Assembly: GCF_030144855.1 (NCBI RefSeq)
Contig: NC_082706.1
Span: forward strand, 17,298,001-17,362,000
DNA: 64,000 bases
Source of the DNA: Hypanus sabinus
Taxonomy: Eukaryota
Direction: 5' to 3'
Below the pieces are notes generated by a model. That model had not been told where the DNA came from. It did not search any database and saw only the letters and a list, made by a program, of their open reading frames with translations. The position numbers were made by a program, and so were the translations under genes. Below are positions 25,352 through 38,159 of the stretch, one piece after another (positions within the stretch are counted from its first letter, which is position 1; each line of letters starts with the position of its first letter).

Positions 25352-25660
25352 ACTGTCACAATGAGGCCACCCTTGGATTGGAGGAGCAACACTTCATATT
25401 CCACCTGGGTAGTGGCATGAAAATCGATTTCTCCAAATTCCCATAATTTCTCCCCTATTCCCCTTCTTTCTTTTTCCATTCCCCATTCTGGCTCCCCTCT
25501 TACCTTCTCTCTTCTCCTCACCTGCCCAAAACCTCCTTATGGTGTCCTTCCTCCTTCACTTTCTCCCATAGTCCACACTTCTCTCCAATCAGATCCCTTC
25601 TTCAGTTCTTCACCTCAGATGTTGCCTGGCCTGCTGACTTTCTCCAGCATGTTGCGTGAT
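25352..25660 (+). mobile_element. Penelope-like element 3' end (GIY-YIG C-terminus plus pyrimidine-rich UTR)
   Basis: EATLGLEEQHFIFHLGS(del)GMKIDFSKF matches the PLE endonuclease end motif LEEQHLIFRLG..QP.GMNI.F. Confidence 0.75.
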
Positions 25661-26367
25661 GTTCCTCTGGAGCAGACCATGGATTGCCCCGTCGGAATGG
25701 GAACATTCATTCAAATTGAAATGGGTGGCTTCCGGGAATTCCCATTTATTGTGGCAGACAGAATGAAGATGCTCTGTCAAACAGTCCCCAATCTATTTAT
25801 TCATTGTAAATTGACTGTTAATTCATTTCCATAGATGCTGCCTGACCTGCTGAGTTCCTCCAGCATTTTGAGTGTGAGGCTTTGTCAATTTTCTTATTTA
25901 CCAGAATGTTATTTCTCACTGTGGGCTAAATCTCTCTCTTTTCTTTAGGAAGCTTCCAATACTGTATCAGTCTGACTTTGGAATTTCCTACGATGATCCA
26001 TTTTAACACCAACATTCTGTCGGAGTCTGGCTCTCTTTCCTGCTTCCCACCTGTGCACACTTGGCAAAAGGCCATCACTGTCAAAACATGCTTAGTAGCA
26101 GAAGATCAATTTTATTTTAAACCTCAGTGGGAACTGGATTCCAAATGATGAGAGAGACTGAATTACTGAAGATGCAAGCAGAGATCGACTAAATAAAATG
26201 GCTCATAATACTTCACATGATGTCTTTCCCTGTTTGTTTGTGAATGGAGCACGTTAGGGATAGGGCTGCTTGCAACTAAAAGTTAACTATGTTTCAAAAA
26301 ATCTGGAGCAATACAGAACAGAAACCAGTCCTTTGTCCCAGATTGTTTTAATTCATTCATTTCATTT

Positions 26368-26635
26368 ATAGAGATACAGTATGGAATAGGCCTTTTGAGT
26401 TGCGCCGCCAAGCAATCCCCTGGTTTAATCCCAGCTTAATCACGGGAAAATTTACAATGACCAATTAACCTACCAACTAGTACATTTTTGGGCTGTGGGA
26501 GGAAACAGGAGCACCCAGAGGAAACCCACGTAGTCACGGGGAGAAGGTACAAACTCCTTACAGGCTGCGGCAGGAATTGAACCGCGGTGCCTGTACCGTA
26601 AAGCAGTGTGCTCATTACAACGCTATTACGCCACC
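26368..26635 (-). mobile_element. V-domain SINE
   Basis: ctgtgggaggaaacaggagcacccagaggaaacccacg plus a tRNA-like head. Confidence 0.8.
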
Positions 26636-26786
26636 CCTCCCCCCACCAGATCTTCCGTGCTGACCATTGTTTCAACCAAGCTAGTCCCATATGCCAACAT
26701 TTGATCCACATCCCTTGACACTGTTTCTATCTTGTTCTAATTGAAATTTCTTTAAAAAGGTACAAAGCTGACACAAAGGTACAAAG

Positions 26787-27395
26787 GAGACACAGTACAT
26801 GTCGACCCAAGGAGGTGTAAGGTGCACCTTCGCTCTACTAGTCTGCAGGTCACGCTGGGCAAGGTGCAGCACCTGCTTAGTCTCCACTGATTAGGGTCTC
26901 ATGAAGCCATGGGTGGTGGGTAGTTGTCTGAGTAGCTGGTTCTTATCACAAGCCCGGGCTATGTGACCACTCATACCAGGCAGACAGTCTCTGAACTGTA
27001 TTGATAATGGCTGGTGTCACCGCCTAGACGAAGGCAATGGCAAACCTCTTCTGAAGAAAGATTTGCCAAGAATAATCACGGTCAGAGACCATGATCACCC
27101 GTGTCAGACAGACAGACAGACAAACATATTTTATTGATCTTGAGGGAAATTGGGTTTCGTTACAGTCGCACCAACCAAGAATAGTTTTAGAAATATGGCA
27201 ATATAAAAACCATAAATAATTAAATAATAATAAGTAAATTATGTCAAGTGGAATTAGTCCAAGACCAGCCTATTGGCTCAGGGTGTCTGACACTCCAAGC
27301 GAGGAGTTGTAAAGTTTGATGGCCACAGGCAGGATTGACTTCCTATGACGCTCAGTGTTGCACCTCAGTGGAATGAGTTACGACATGGCACGTAA
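26787..27395 (+). mobile_element. RTE-related SINE interrupted at ~27105-27378 by a minus-strand Rex1-type 3' end
   Basis: The SINE end gtca...tacgacatggcac resumes after the insert; the insert starts with (caga)n. Confidence 0.65.
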
Positions 27396-27589
27396 CTAAA
27401 GAACTTTGGTGTATTGTTCTATGTTTGATATTAAATGTTCATATTTTTACCTGCCTCAACTACTTCCTCTGACAGCTCATTCCACAAACAGATCACACAC
27501 TAGAATTTACCCCTTGGGTCCCTTTTAAGTATTTTACCTCTCACCTCTAGTTTCTCCCTGCCTGGGAAAAGGTCTAGGTGCATTTACTT

Positions 27590-28389
27590 CCACTTTGGAA
27601 GGAATAATAGACGAGCAGATTATTATTTAAATGGTGAAAGATTGCAGCATGCTGTTGTGCAGAGGGACTTGGGAGTGCTTGTTCATGAATCGCAAAATGT
27701 TGGCTTGCAGGTACAACAGGTTATTAAGAAGACAAACGGAATGTTGGCCTTCACTGCTAGAGGGATTGAATTCAAGAGCAGGGAGGTCATGCTGCAACTA
27801 TACAGGGTACTGGTGAGGCTGCACCTGGAGTACTGTGTGCAGTTCTGGTCTCCATACTTGAGGAAGGATATATTGGCTTTGGAGGCAGTGCAGAGGAGGT
27901 TCACCAGTTTGATTCCAGGGATGAAGGAGTTAACCTATGAGGAGAGTTTGAGTTGCCTGGGTCTATACTCTCTAGAATTCAGAAGAATGAGGGGGGACCT
28001 TATGGAAACATACAAAATTTGGAAAGGGATAGATAAGATAGGAGTAGGAAAGTTGTTTCCATTGGTAGGTGAGACTAGAACTAAGGACATTACCTCAAGA
28101 TTCAGAAAAGAAGATTTAGGACATAGATGAGGAGAAACTGTTTTTCCCAGAGAGTGGCGAATCTGTGGAATTCTTTGCCCAGGGAAGCAGTTGAGGCTTC
28201 TTCACTAAATATATTTAAGAAACAGTTAGGTAGGTTTTTACATAGTAAGGGAATTAAGGGTTATGGGGAAAAGGCAGACAGACAGAGCTGAGTTTACGGA
28301 TAGTTCAGCCATGATCTTATTGAATGGCAGGGCGGGCTCAATTGGCCGGATGGCCTACTCCTGCTCCTATTTCTTATGTTCTTCTTATG
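27590..28389 (+). mobile_element. 5'-truncated CR1 inserted into an older antisense CR1
   Basis: QRDLGVLVH...LHLEYCVQFWSPYLRKD; tail ttcttatgttcttcttatg; both flanks are reverse CR1. Confidence 0.9.
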
Positions 28390-28657
28390 AACTCTATCTA
28401 TAATCCTCATGATTCCATACAAATCTACAAAGTCACCCCTCAATCTGTTATATTCCAAGGAATAAAATCACTGTACCTTGGTATATACGATGATAATAAA
28501 CCAATAGCAATACCTATGACTTGGCAATGTAAAAGAGAAAGACAGAACAGTCCACGGGATGAAGAGAATGGAGATGGAGCTGGACAAGGAATAATGGGAT
28601 GAGGAAGAATTGTACGAAGTGTTCTTTGTAGTTTTTGTTTTAATTGTGTTCTTTCTG

Positions 28658-29063
28658 AATGCTGTTGCCATCAAGTAGAGGGTACAAGAGCCTCAGGTCT
28701 TGTACCATCAGGTTCAGGAACAGTTACCAACCGTCAACCATCAAGCTCTTAAACAAAGGGGGACAACTCCACTCAACTTCACTTACCCCCATCATTAAAA
28801 TGTTCCCACAACCTATGGATTCACTTCCAAGGACTCTTCATCTCATATTCTTGTTATCATTGCTATTTATTTATATTTGCACTTGCACAGTTTGTTGTCT
28901 TTTCTGCACTCCAGCTGAACGCTCTAGTTGGGTGATCTTTTATTGCTCCTGTTATAGTTTCTATGTTATAAATTTGTTGAGTATGCTCACAGGAAGATGA
29001 ATCTCAGGGTTGTAAATGGTGACATATATGAATTCTGATAATAAGATTTACTTTGAGCTTTGA
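28658..29063 (+). mobile_element. Rex1/Babar LINE 3' end
   Basis: LLPSSRGYKSLRSCTIRFRNSY motif and tail. Confidence 0.85.
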
Positions 29064-31381
29064 ATACTTGTGAATGTTGGTTATCCGATGCTATGTTCCT
29101 GTGATGCTGCTGTAAGTTTTTCTTTGTACCTGTGCATACATCTGTTTGTGCATAAAACGATAAACTTGATTTAGATTTTGAATGGAATGAAGTAATAATT
29201 GTCAACAGATTGCTTGGGAGAGGCATTCCATTGCTATGGACTTTATCAAGTTTATTTCCCTGCAGTGAGATCACCTTGATCTAATTTCTGAGCGCTGTAC
29301 CACTGCTAAACTTTGTTGTAAAAAGACACAAGCTGTTGGATTAGTGGCGGCATTCTATGGGGAGTCAGTCTGCTCCGAATGAGCGGGACAGGAGCTCCAG
29401 ATCAATGGCTGTGTGTGACTTGCCACATTCAGCAGTCGATACAGAGAAGAAGAATTGGCATCTGCTCAGTTCATCTGTCAATACTAAATGCATTTCTCAT
29501 GTAGAGACCTGAAGCACCAAAGCCTTATCTACCTTGGATCTCAGCCTGAGTTGCGTCGCCTGTTCTGTTACAGCTGGTGATTTGGCACAGCTTGACGGAA
29601 CTGAGACAGTAACTCCTGATCACCAAATGTCACTACCTGACAACATACTAATAAATTCCAGGCTGACTTTCCTGTGCAGTGCTGAGGGGCGCAATATAAC
29701 AATCTGTATCTCCGCGTACTCTCTCGGATGAATCTAAGAAATTCCAAGATATGATTTTAGTGGGGAGCAGGGGACTTTTTATTCTTGGTTTATGTGTGTA
29801 CTACCTCAGAAAGCGGATTACCCAATCATTATTACAAAGCACACAGCAGACCACCCTCCTACAAAAGAAAAAAAATGGCTGCCCTGGTTGCTACCTTCCA
29901 TCGGTGCATTTTAATGAGAAATGATTTAATTGGCCAGGCATTGTGCTGCTGCCTCCACCTCAAAAGACAATAAACTGACAGGTCTTGACTTGTATTTCAC
30001 AATTCATTGTTTGTTTTTTGTGATTTCTTGCAGTATAGGAAAACACCAGCAAAGATTATTTAAGCAGCTCTCTAAGGTGCTGATTGAAGTGTGTTGCATC
30101 AACAGCTTTAGTAAAACTGTCAAAAACAAATTGAGGTAAACTGACCAGTGAATGGAAGTATTTTTGCACAGGGAAAGATGGCTGTAATAGTTTAAAGTCA
30201 TACAGCACATTCCAACCCCAGAATAGAATTTCTTCAAGAAAGTGTCCTAGACCTCAATGCTGCCAGCTGCTTCATTATAAGGCCAAAAGTAGGGATGTCT
30301 ATTCAAGTTCAAGTTTAATGGTTATACAACCATACATGAATACTCATGAATGCAGCCTAATGAAACAGTATTACTCCAGGGGCAAGGTGCCTCACGCACA
30401 CAGCACAAAGCACGTATAGCACATAAAAGAAAGCAAGCGCATATAAGATATCAGTAAAATATAGTCATACAAAATTACGTAGTCCAAGACCCTGAGTCTA
30501 TGATTTTTTTAGACCTCTGCAGTCTAGCACAATATGGCTTGTATTCTGCCCCGCAAACACTAGGGGGCAGCACTGGCCGGCTCAGATGGTGAGCCACACA
30601 AAATCAGGTGGTGTGCACCGACTCTGACTCCTCTCTCCTAGGTGACTGTAAACAGGTGACACTGCAGCTCGAGGCCTAGTCCTCACCATGACCAAGGCCA
30701 AGCGGCTCCCCTGCCATCCGTTAATAAATCAGTGACTCGGACTTGCAGCATTCCACATTCCATGTTGCTTAATTCCATTTGCCACCTCTCAGCAAATGAA
30801 CCCATCCAGATGTAACGTAACATTGACTGTCCATTTCCCTCCCAGGTGCTACCTGACCTGCTGGGTTCCTCCAGCATTCTGTTTGAAGTAGTTCAGGTCT
30901 TCGTGCAACAAGACCTAGACAGCATTCAGGCATTGTCCGCAAGTGGCAATGAACTTGCCTGCCACGCAAGAGTCACCAATAATCATCTCCAGTAAGGGAA
31001 TCTAACCACATCCCCTTGGCATTCAACAGTTGACTATCTTCCTAAAATCTTGGAGGTCATCACTGAGCCGCAGACAAATAAATTGTGAGTACTCCAAAGG
31101 TTCAGTATCTACAGTGTTTAACACTCCAAGTCTCACAAAGTGGCTTCTTTCATAAATCTCAGACATGAAACAACGTATGCCTATAGCTCAATGAATAATG
31201 AGTTTATAACCCTCCTGTTTAATTACAATGCTGTTCAACCAAGCGAGCTCTGGGCAAGATTCCTCTGCTTTCACGATTTAGAAGAGATGTTTCTCTTCCA
31301 ATATGCAGTTTGTTTTGCTCTGTTAACTATTGTCACTTTCCTGATGGGCAGAGCTGAGAGCATTGTGAGGTGTAGAGTATA

Positions 31382-31939
31382 CATTCAGTGACTACTTTAT
31401 AAGGTACACCTGTACACCTATTTGTTAATGGAATTACGTAATCAGCCATTCCTGTGGCAGCAACTCAATGCATAAATGCATGCAGAGTAGTCAAGAGGAT
31501 CACTTGTTGTTCAGACTAACCATCACAATAGAGAAGAAATATGATCTGCAACTTTGTCTGTGGGATGATTGTTGGCACCAGATGGGGTGGTTTGCGTATC
31601 TTGGAAGCTACTGATCTCCTGGAATTTTCACACTCAAAAGTCTTTAGAATTTACAGAATGGTGTGAAAAACAAAAAAAAAAATCCAGTGACTGGCAGTTC
31701 TGTGGGCAAAAATGTCTTGTTAGTGAGGTAGGTCAGAGGAGAATGCTCAGACTGGATCAAACTGACAGAAAGGCCACAGAAACTCAAATAACCACATTTT
31801 ACAACATTGGTGTGCAGAAGAGCATCTCTGAAGGCATGACACATCAAACCTTGAAGTGGATGGGCTACAGCAGCAGATTATACGCACGGTGGCCACTTTA
31901 TCAGGTACAGGAGGTCACTATTAAAGTGACCACTGAGTG
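31382..31939 (+). mobile_element. Tc1-like non-autonomous element, copy 1
   Basis: TIR cactcagtggccactttattaggtac-like, TA flanks, transposase N-terminal remnant (GQRRMLRL.Q.DRKAT.TQITT.YN.GVQKSISE). Confidence 0.9.
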
Positions 31940-32284
31940 TAAATTATGCAAACGTGCACTATAAGGTTAAGTGTGGATTGGTTATAGTCCTCTAGGAATT
32001 TTAAAGAAAGATCCATTTTTGTAGGCATGGGAGTTTAGGACAGGTTATTCCACAATGAGAGGTAGGAAAATCAGAAACGTAATCAGAATCAGGTTTAATG
32101 CAACTGGAAAATGTTGTGTCATCTGTTGTTTTGTGGTAGCAGTGCCATGCAATACATAAAAACATATAAATTACATGAAGGAATATATATTACAATAATT
32201 AAACTAAATAAGTATTTCAAAAGGAGAACGAAAATACCGAGGTAGTGTTCATGGATTGTTTTATGTTCTGTTCAGATATCTCAT

Positions 32285-33080
32285 TGAATTGGATTGAATT
32301 TAATTGATTTTATTACTTACATCCTTCACATACATGAAGAGTAAAATATTTATCTTATGTCTCCATCTCTAAATGTGTAATGTGCAATTTATAATAACTT
32401 GTAATAAATAGTATGTACAACAGGACAGTCAATATAACTTGGAAATACAATTATATCAGCATGAATTAATCAGTCTGATGGCCTGGTAGAAGCTGTCCCG
32501 GAGCCTGTTGGTCCTGGTGTTTATGCTGCAGTACCATTTCCCAGATGGTAGCAGCTGGAACAGTTTGTGGTTGGGGGCCCAATGATCCTTTGGGCCCTTT
32601 TTACACGCCTGTCTCTGTAAATGTCTTGAATAGTGGGAAGTTCACATCTACAGATGTGCTGGGCTGTCCACACCTCTCTCTGTAGAGTCCTGCGATTGAG
32701 GGAAGTACAGTTTCCCATACCAGGCAGTGATGCAGTCAGTCAGGATGCTCTCAATAGTGCCCCTGTCGAAAGTCCTTAGGATTTGGGGATCCATACCAAA
32801 CTTCTTCAACCTTCTGAGGTGAAAGAGGTGCTGCTGTGCCTTTTTCACCACACAGCTGGTATGTACAGATCATGTGAGATCCTCGGTGATGTTTATGCTG
32901 AGGAACTTAAAGCTGTTCACCCTCTCAACCCCAGATCCATTGATGTCAATAGGGGTGAGCCTGTCTCCATTCCTCCTGTAGTCCACAACCAGCTCCTTTG
33001 TCTCTGCGACATTGAAGGAGAGGTTGTTTTCGTGATACAACTGTGTTAGGGTGATGACTTCTTCTCTGTAGGCTGCCTCG
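32285..33080 (-). mobile_element. Rex1/Babar LINE 3' fragment
   Basis: KKAQQHLFHLRRLKKFGM...IESILTDCITAWYG; (attga)n tail. Confidence 0.9.
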
Positions 33081-34250
33081 ATGGTGGAGAAGAAGAAGCT
33101 GTTCTTAAAATATTGAGTGTGTCTTCTTCAGGCTCCTGTACTAGGGGTAATTTATATGAGGTGAATAGTAAAATTGAAATTTTGAATGGTATACTCTCAA
33201 TAACTAAAGGATTTGAAGAAGGGGAATAAGTTGTGATCTTGTAGTACAGATCCAATGGGCTGAATGGCCTGTTCTGGTTCTTATGCTTTTATAACACAGT
33301 TAAAAGCTACACAAAAGACTTAAACAATTTTAATTCCTGTTGTTATCTGGTAATTGGAAATATAATTCTGACTGTGTTTCTTCTTTTTCCTTCAAAATCG
33401 GCCTTTTTTCAGCTTTAATATCACAGTTGTTTTTCCGCCGTATTAGAGTTTCAGTGGACTCTCTGAACTATTTTTACTTAATTGCTATACTAAGTTCTAA
33501 AATTACTGTGGCATTTGTGCATGGCTGCTTAATGTATTTCAATGACTTTTCCCGTCTGCTAGTTTTGTGAAGTTGCTTTACTACCTGCAAATAAAGATGC
33601 AGTGACAGTATTGATGATATTTTATCGGAAGACAGATCACCTATTGTGCTTACTGAGAATACTGCATAGCTCCAGACTTCACAGGTATGGAACTGTCAAT
33701 GCTGGTCATATTTTTGTGCCACTGTTAGTGGGCTTTCTGGAATTATGGTAAATAGCAAATCCTAATCTCAACAGCAGCCAGTCTTTAGACCTGTGCGTGG
33801 ATTGTAGATTCAATTTAGAATGCAGCTCTGAATAATGATCTTATTGGAGCGGTATTTTAGGGGAGATTGCAAAAAAAAAAGAAACACTCCATTTTATCAC
33901 AGATGCCTGCATATTCATGAATGCAACCCGAAGTCTGTGGGCATTAACATTCCTTTTGGGTGTCTGGAGGGTGGGTATGAAGATAGAGCTATTTGAAAAT
34001 TATCTGTAATTCAAAGGAAGCATTGTAGATACATCATAACTATAGAATTGTCCTGCTGTTACCTCTGATCTTTAGCATGTAATATTGTGTCAGACTGGTC
34101 TCTTCTTCTAAGAGTGTCTTGAAATTGATGTTTGCTGCTCATTTTGCTGAATAAAGACTTCTACATCCATTAGTATTAGTGTTTTCCTGGAGACCTTGTT
34201 CATTGTTCCAACACCACTTTTTCTAAACTTCTAGGTAAGTATTTTTAAAT

Positions 34251-34782
34251 ACAAGAGATTCTGCAGATGCTTGAAATCCAGAGTAGAACTCACTAAATGC
34301 TGGAGGAGCTCAGCAGTTTAAGCAGCGTCCATGGAGAGGAATAAACAGTTGACATTTTGGGTTGAGACTATTCGTCAAGATTGGAAAGAAAGGGCAAAGA
34401 AGCCAGAATAACAGGATGGGGGACGGGAATGAGGACAAGCTAGAAAATGTTAGGTGGAGCCATGTGAAGAAGCTAGGTAGAGAAGGGCGAGGAAGTAAGA
34501 AGCTAGGAGGTGATAGGTTGAAAAAGCAAAGGGCTGAAGAAGAAGAAATTTGATAGGAGAGGAGAGCAGACCATAGGAGAAAAGGAAGGAGGAGGGGCAC
34601 CAGAGGGAGTGATAGGCAGGGAAAGAGAAGGGCAAAGGTGAGACGGAGCCAGTATGGGGAATTGAAGAAGAAAGAATGGGGAGGGGGTAGAAATTACTAG
34701 AAATGAGAGAAATTAATGTCCATGCTATCAGTTTGGAGATCATCCAGACAAGAAATGAGCTGTTGCTCCTCCAAACCGAGTT
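34251..34782 (-). mobile_element. Penelope-like element 3' end
   Basis: Minus strand reads LGLEEQQLI..L..LQTDSMDINFSHF*, then a pyrimidine-rich UTR, a hammerhead-like remnant (~34345-34380) and the family tail. Confidence 0.8.
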
Positions 34783-35099
34783 ATATATTCAATTTCAGCT
34801 GTCATAGTGCAGTTGCAAGGGGTAGGCACTGGGTGGCACTGTGGAGTAGGTTTTTGTGTCATCTGGCAACACTGCCACCATTGAAGTATAGAATACTGCA
34901 GTTGCCAAAAATCTGAAATAAAAACAGAAATGCTGCATTTAATCCCCAGGAGAGAAAAATTAAAAAGGTAGTATTCAAGGTCACCGTGTTCTTTTATGCA
35001 ACGTTTATGCTTCATCTATTTTTAATTTATTTTTCAGGAGTTGGACTCTGCCGACAATTCTGATTGCCCTTCAGAAGGCCGTGATGATCTGCCTTCTTA

Positions 35100-35650
35100 A
35101 AACATAGCACATAGACCAATACAGCATAGTAAAAGCCCTTTGACCCATGCTGTGCTGCCGACCTTTAAATTTACTCTAACCCTTCCCTCCTACATAACCT
35201 TGCATTTTTCTATCATCCATGCGCCTATCTAAGAGTTTCTTAATTGTCCCTAATGTATCTGCCTCTACCACTGGGAGGGTGTTCCATACACCCACCACTC
35301 ACTGTGTAAAAAACTTACCTTTGTCCTCCTGTCATCTTACAATTATGCCCCTTGTATTAGCCATTTTAACCTGGAAAAAGTTTCTGGTTATCCACTTGAC
35401 CAATGCTTCACATCATTTTGTACTTACCTATCAAGTCACCTCTCATCCTCCTTCACCCCAAAGAGAAAAGCTCAAGCTTGCTCAGCCTATCTTCATAAGA
35501 CATGCCCTCGAGCCCAGGCAGATTCCTGGTAACTCTCCTCTTCACCCCCTCTAAAGCTTCCACATCTTTCCTATAATGAGGTAACTAGAACTGAATTAAA
35601 TATTCCAAGTGTGGTCTAACAAGGTTCTATAGGGCTACAACATTACCTGC
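35100..35650 (-). mobile_element. CR1 3' fragment
   Basis: Reverse of PHLEY..QF..PHYRKDVEAL and tail. Confidence 0.85.
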
Positions 35651-36049
35651 CTTTTTTAACAACAAATTCCAGTACCATTTTGCGGACATCATGACTAATT
35701 CCAGTAATTTATAGATATCTTTTCAATTCCTCGGCTGCATTAGTGGGATTTGATCTCCACATTAACCATCTGCTTACTATTCCAATAACTGATCTACTAT
35801 AGCATTGCCACAATTGCTATAGTACAGTACAGTGCTATAGTACGTACAGTGTCTCAGTCTACAATTGAGAACAAAGGTTTCCTAAATTTGAAGTCTATCT
35901 TTAAAAACATTCTCCCTTACATTTTCTAAGCACTTTCCAAGATAGTAACAACAATAATAAAATATTTTGTGATATTCATTGATGATTGGATGCCAGTGTC
36001 CCTAAAAGTAATGACACAGATAGAAATAATAATAACAACAACAACAAGA

Positions 36050-36495
36050 GTTAATGGCCCGCAAATTATATTACGACTGATCTGTTATTACAGATATGAC
36101 AATCTATAATAACTATCCAGACATAATAATACAGGATAAATAAGCAAGAACAACTTACTTAATAGATATATCCATTCCAAACACACATAACATACAGAAA
36201 TCAATAAGTGAAAAGTACCAGAAATATGCTGAATTAAAAGAGGAAATTGACAGCTATGGATCAGGAACAGAGTAGACATTGTCCCAATAGTAATATCTAC
36301 AACTGGTGTCGTCCCAAAGGCACTACACAATAGCATTAAACTATTAGACCTGTGCGGTAATGTCCATGTAAATCTCCAGAAGGTCACAATACTAAACACC
36401 ATTATAATAGTCCGGAAGTTCGTAGCTATGAAGAAATGAGCACGCTTGGCTCTGCCTGTACCTCAGGTTTTACCAGCTTGAGCCGAGAAAAAAAT
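36050..36495 (+). mobile_element. R4/Dong-clade (Rex6-like) non-LTR retrotransposon 3' fragment, restriction-like endonuclease
   Basis: KLYYD*SVITD.TI.NN.PDIII.DK*.RTTYLIDISIP...EKYQKYAELKEEI(fs)LW..NRVDIVPIVISTTGVVPK...LQK..ILNT..IVRKF, a PD-(D/E)xK REL signature; TAA repeats on both sides. Confidence 0.8.
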
Positions 36496-36509
36496 GTTCT
36501 ACAATTTTT

Positions 36510-37045
36510 ATAATAATAATAACTTTATTTATATTGCACTTTTCATACATTAAGATGCAGGCTCCAAATATTTTTCATGAATTGTAAAGATAAATCAATA
36601 CAGTCATAAAAATATGAGGCAAAATTAAAAATCATAAGACAAACATTATATAGAATAAAATGTAATTGAATATACCAAATCATATCAATGTAATCAACAG
36701 CAAAAGGCATTAAGTAATCCTATAAGTAGGGTAAGTTTTAAAAAATAAGCTTTTAGACGTGTTTTGATAAGTTCCACAATACTAGCCTGGCATATGTCAG
36801 TCAGCAGAGTTTCCAGATTGTTGGTGCATTAGAGAAAAAAGCCACAACACCAGTTTTATATGCTTGGCTCGAGGAACAGCAAGCAATCCAGTTTTCGTGG
36901 ATGGAAGATTACGATTAAGGATGTAAGGGGATAGACACTCCAAAATACATGGAGGAGCTAGATAATTCAAAGCCTTATATACAATTAAGAGTATTTAAAA
37001 ATTGATCTGGAAGGGCACAGGTGGTCGGTGTAATGATGCGAAATC
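36510..37045 (-). mobile_element. L2 LINE 3' fragment
   Basis: Minus strand reads ASLH.PPVPFQINF*ILLIVYKALNYLAP...PY...R.L.S..TGLLAVP; AATAAA then a (tta)n tail. Confidence 0.8.
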
Positions 37046-37074
37046 CATGGTGGTGAAGAATCCATTTACTGGAT

Positions 37075-37640
37075 TTGCCTTCAGCAGTCAAGTCATTGAG
37101 TAGCGGAGCTGAGATATCATGCTGCCAATCTTTGGTGAGACAGCACTATCAGTATTGTGTCCATTTTTGACTGCTCATCCATAGGAAGGGTGTAAGTAAA
37201 CTGGAAATGATGCAATGAAGATTTGTGAGGTTGTTACTAGGTCTGGAGAGCATATAGGTGGAGGCTGAAAGGCTGGGGCTTTTCTCCCTGGAACACAGGA
37301 GGCTGAGGGGTGACCATATAGAGGTGTATAAAATCACGAGGACAGTAGATGATCCCGAGTGTAGGTGAGTCTAAGACTAGATGGCATGGGTTTAAGGTGT
37401 GAAGGGGAATTAAAAAGGGGCCTGAGAGGAACATTTTTCAAAAAGGGTGATGGGAACCTGGAACAAGCTGCCAGCAAGTGCTGTAGAAGTGGGTACAATT
37501 GCAATGTTTAAAAAGCACTTAGACAGGTTCATAGATGGAAAAGGCCAAGATGGATGTGCTGGCAAATGGGACTATTTCAGATAGACATCATGGTGAACAT
37601 GAGTAAAATGGCTTAAGTGCCAGTTGTAAAACTTTTATGA
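37075..37640 (+). mobile_element. Degenerate CR1 3' fragment
   Basis: QYCVHF...HRK, LGLFSLEHRRLRGD remnants. Confidence 0.8.
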
Positions 37641-37720
37641 CACCGTAGACTTAATTACTTCAATTTATCATAGCATTTGGACGACTATGCAAAAAAATCA
37701 AAGAATTATAGCATGTGTAT

Positions 37721-37937
37721 TGATGCACTATCAATAACTCACTCTGAGACATAAAGGCGAGATATCGGCTTTTATTGACTGGAAGAAGGAACAAGCAGTG
37801 AGTGACCACCATACTACATCCTGGAGACTGAGAGGCCGGGCTCAGGCCTTGATCGCCTTTATACAGGGGTCTGTGGGAGGAGCCACAGGAGCAGTCAGCA
37901 GGGGGCATGTCCAGACAGGCACACGTAGTTCACCACA
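37721..37937 (-). mobile_element. Solo LTR family A (217 bp)
   Basis: Reverse near-copy of 8934-9149; TSD TGTAT (37716-37720 and 37938-37942). Confidence 0.9.
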
Positions 37938-38159
37938 TGTATATAACGTGATATACCATGTGGATTCCATTTTGAAAACAAGCCTTTCTGACATGCTGAC
38001 AAATCAGCTTACAGACTGTTCTCTGGAATACAAACACATCAGCATAAAAAATTATTATCAAAGAAATGTATATGTTACCATAACATGACCTTGAGATTTG
38101 TTTTTTGAAGGCATTTACAGGAAAATTAAAAAGAATAGAATTTATGAAAAACTATACAC

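Noticed and set aside
31569-31964. Functional transposase ORF
   Set aside because: Frameshifted Tc1 N-terminal fragment with no DDE domain.
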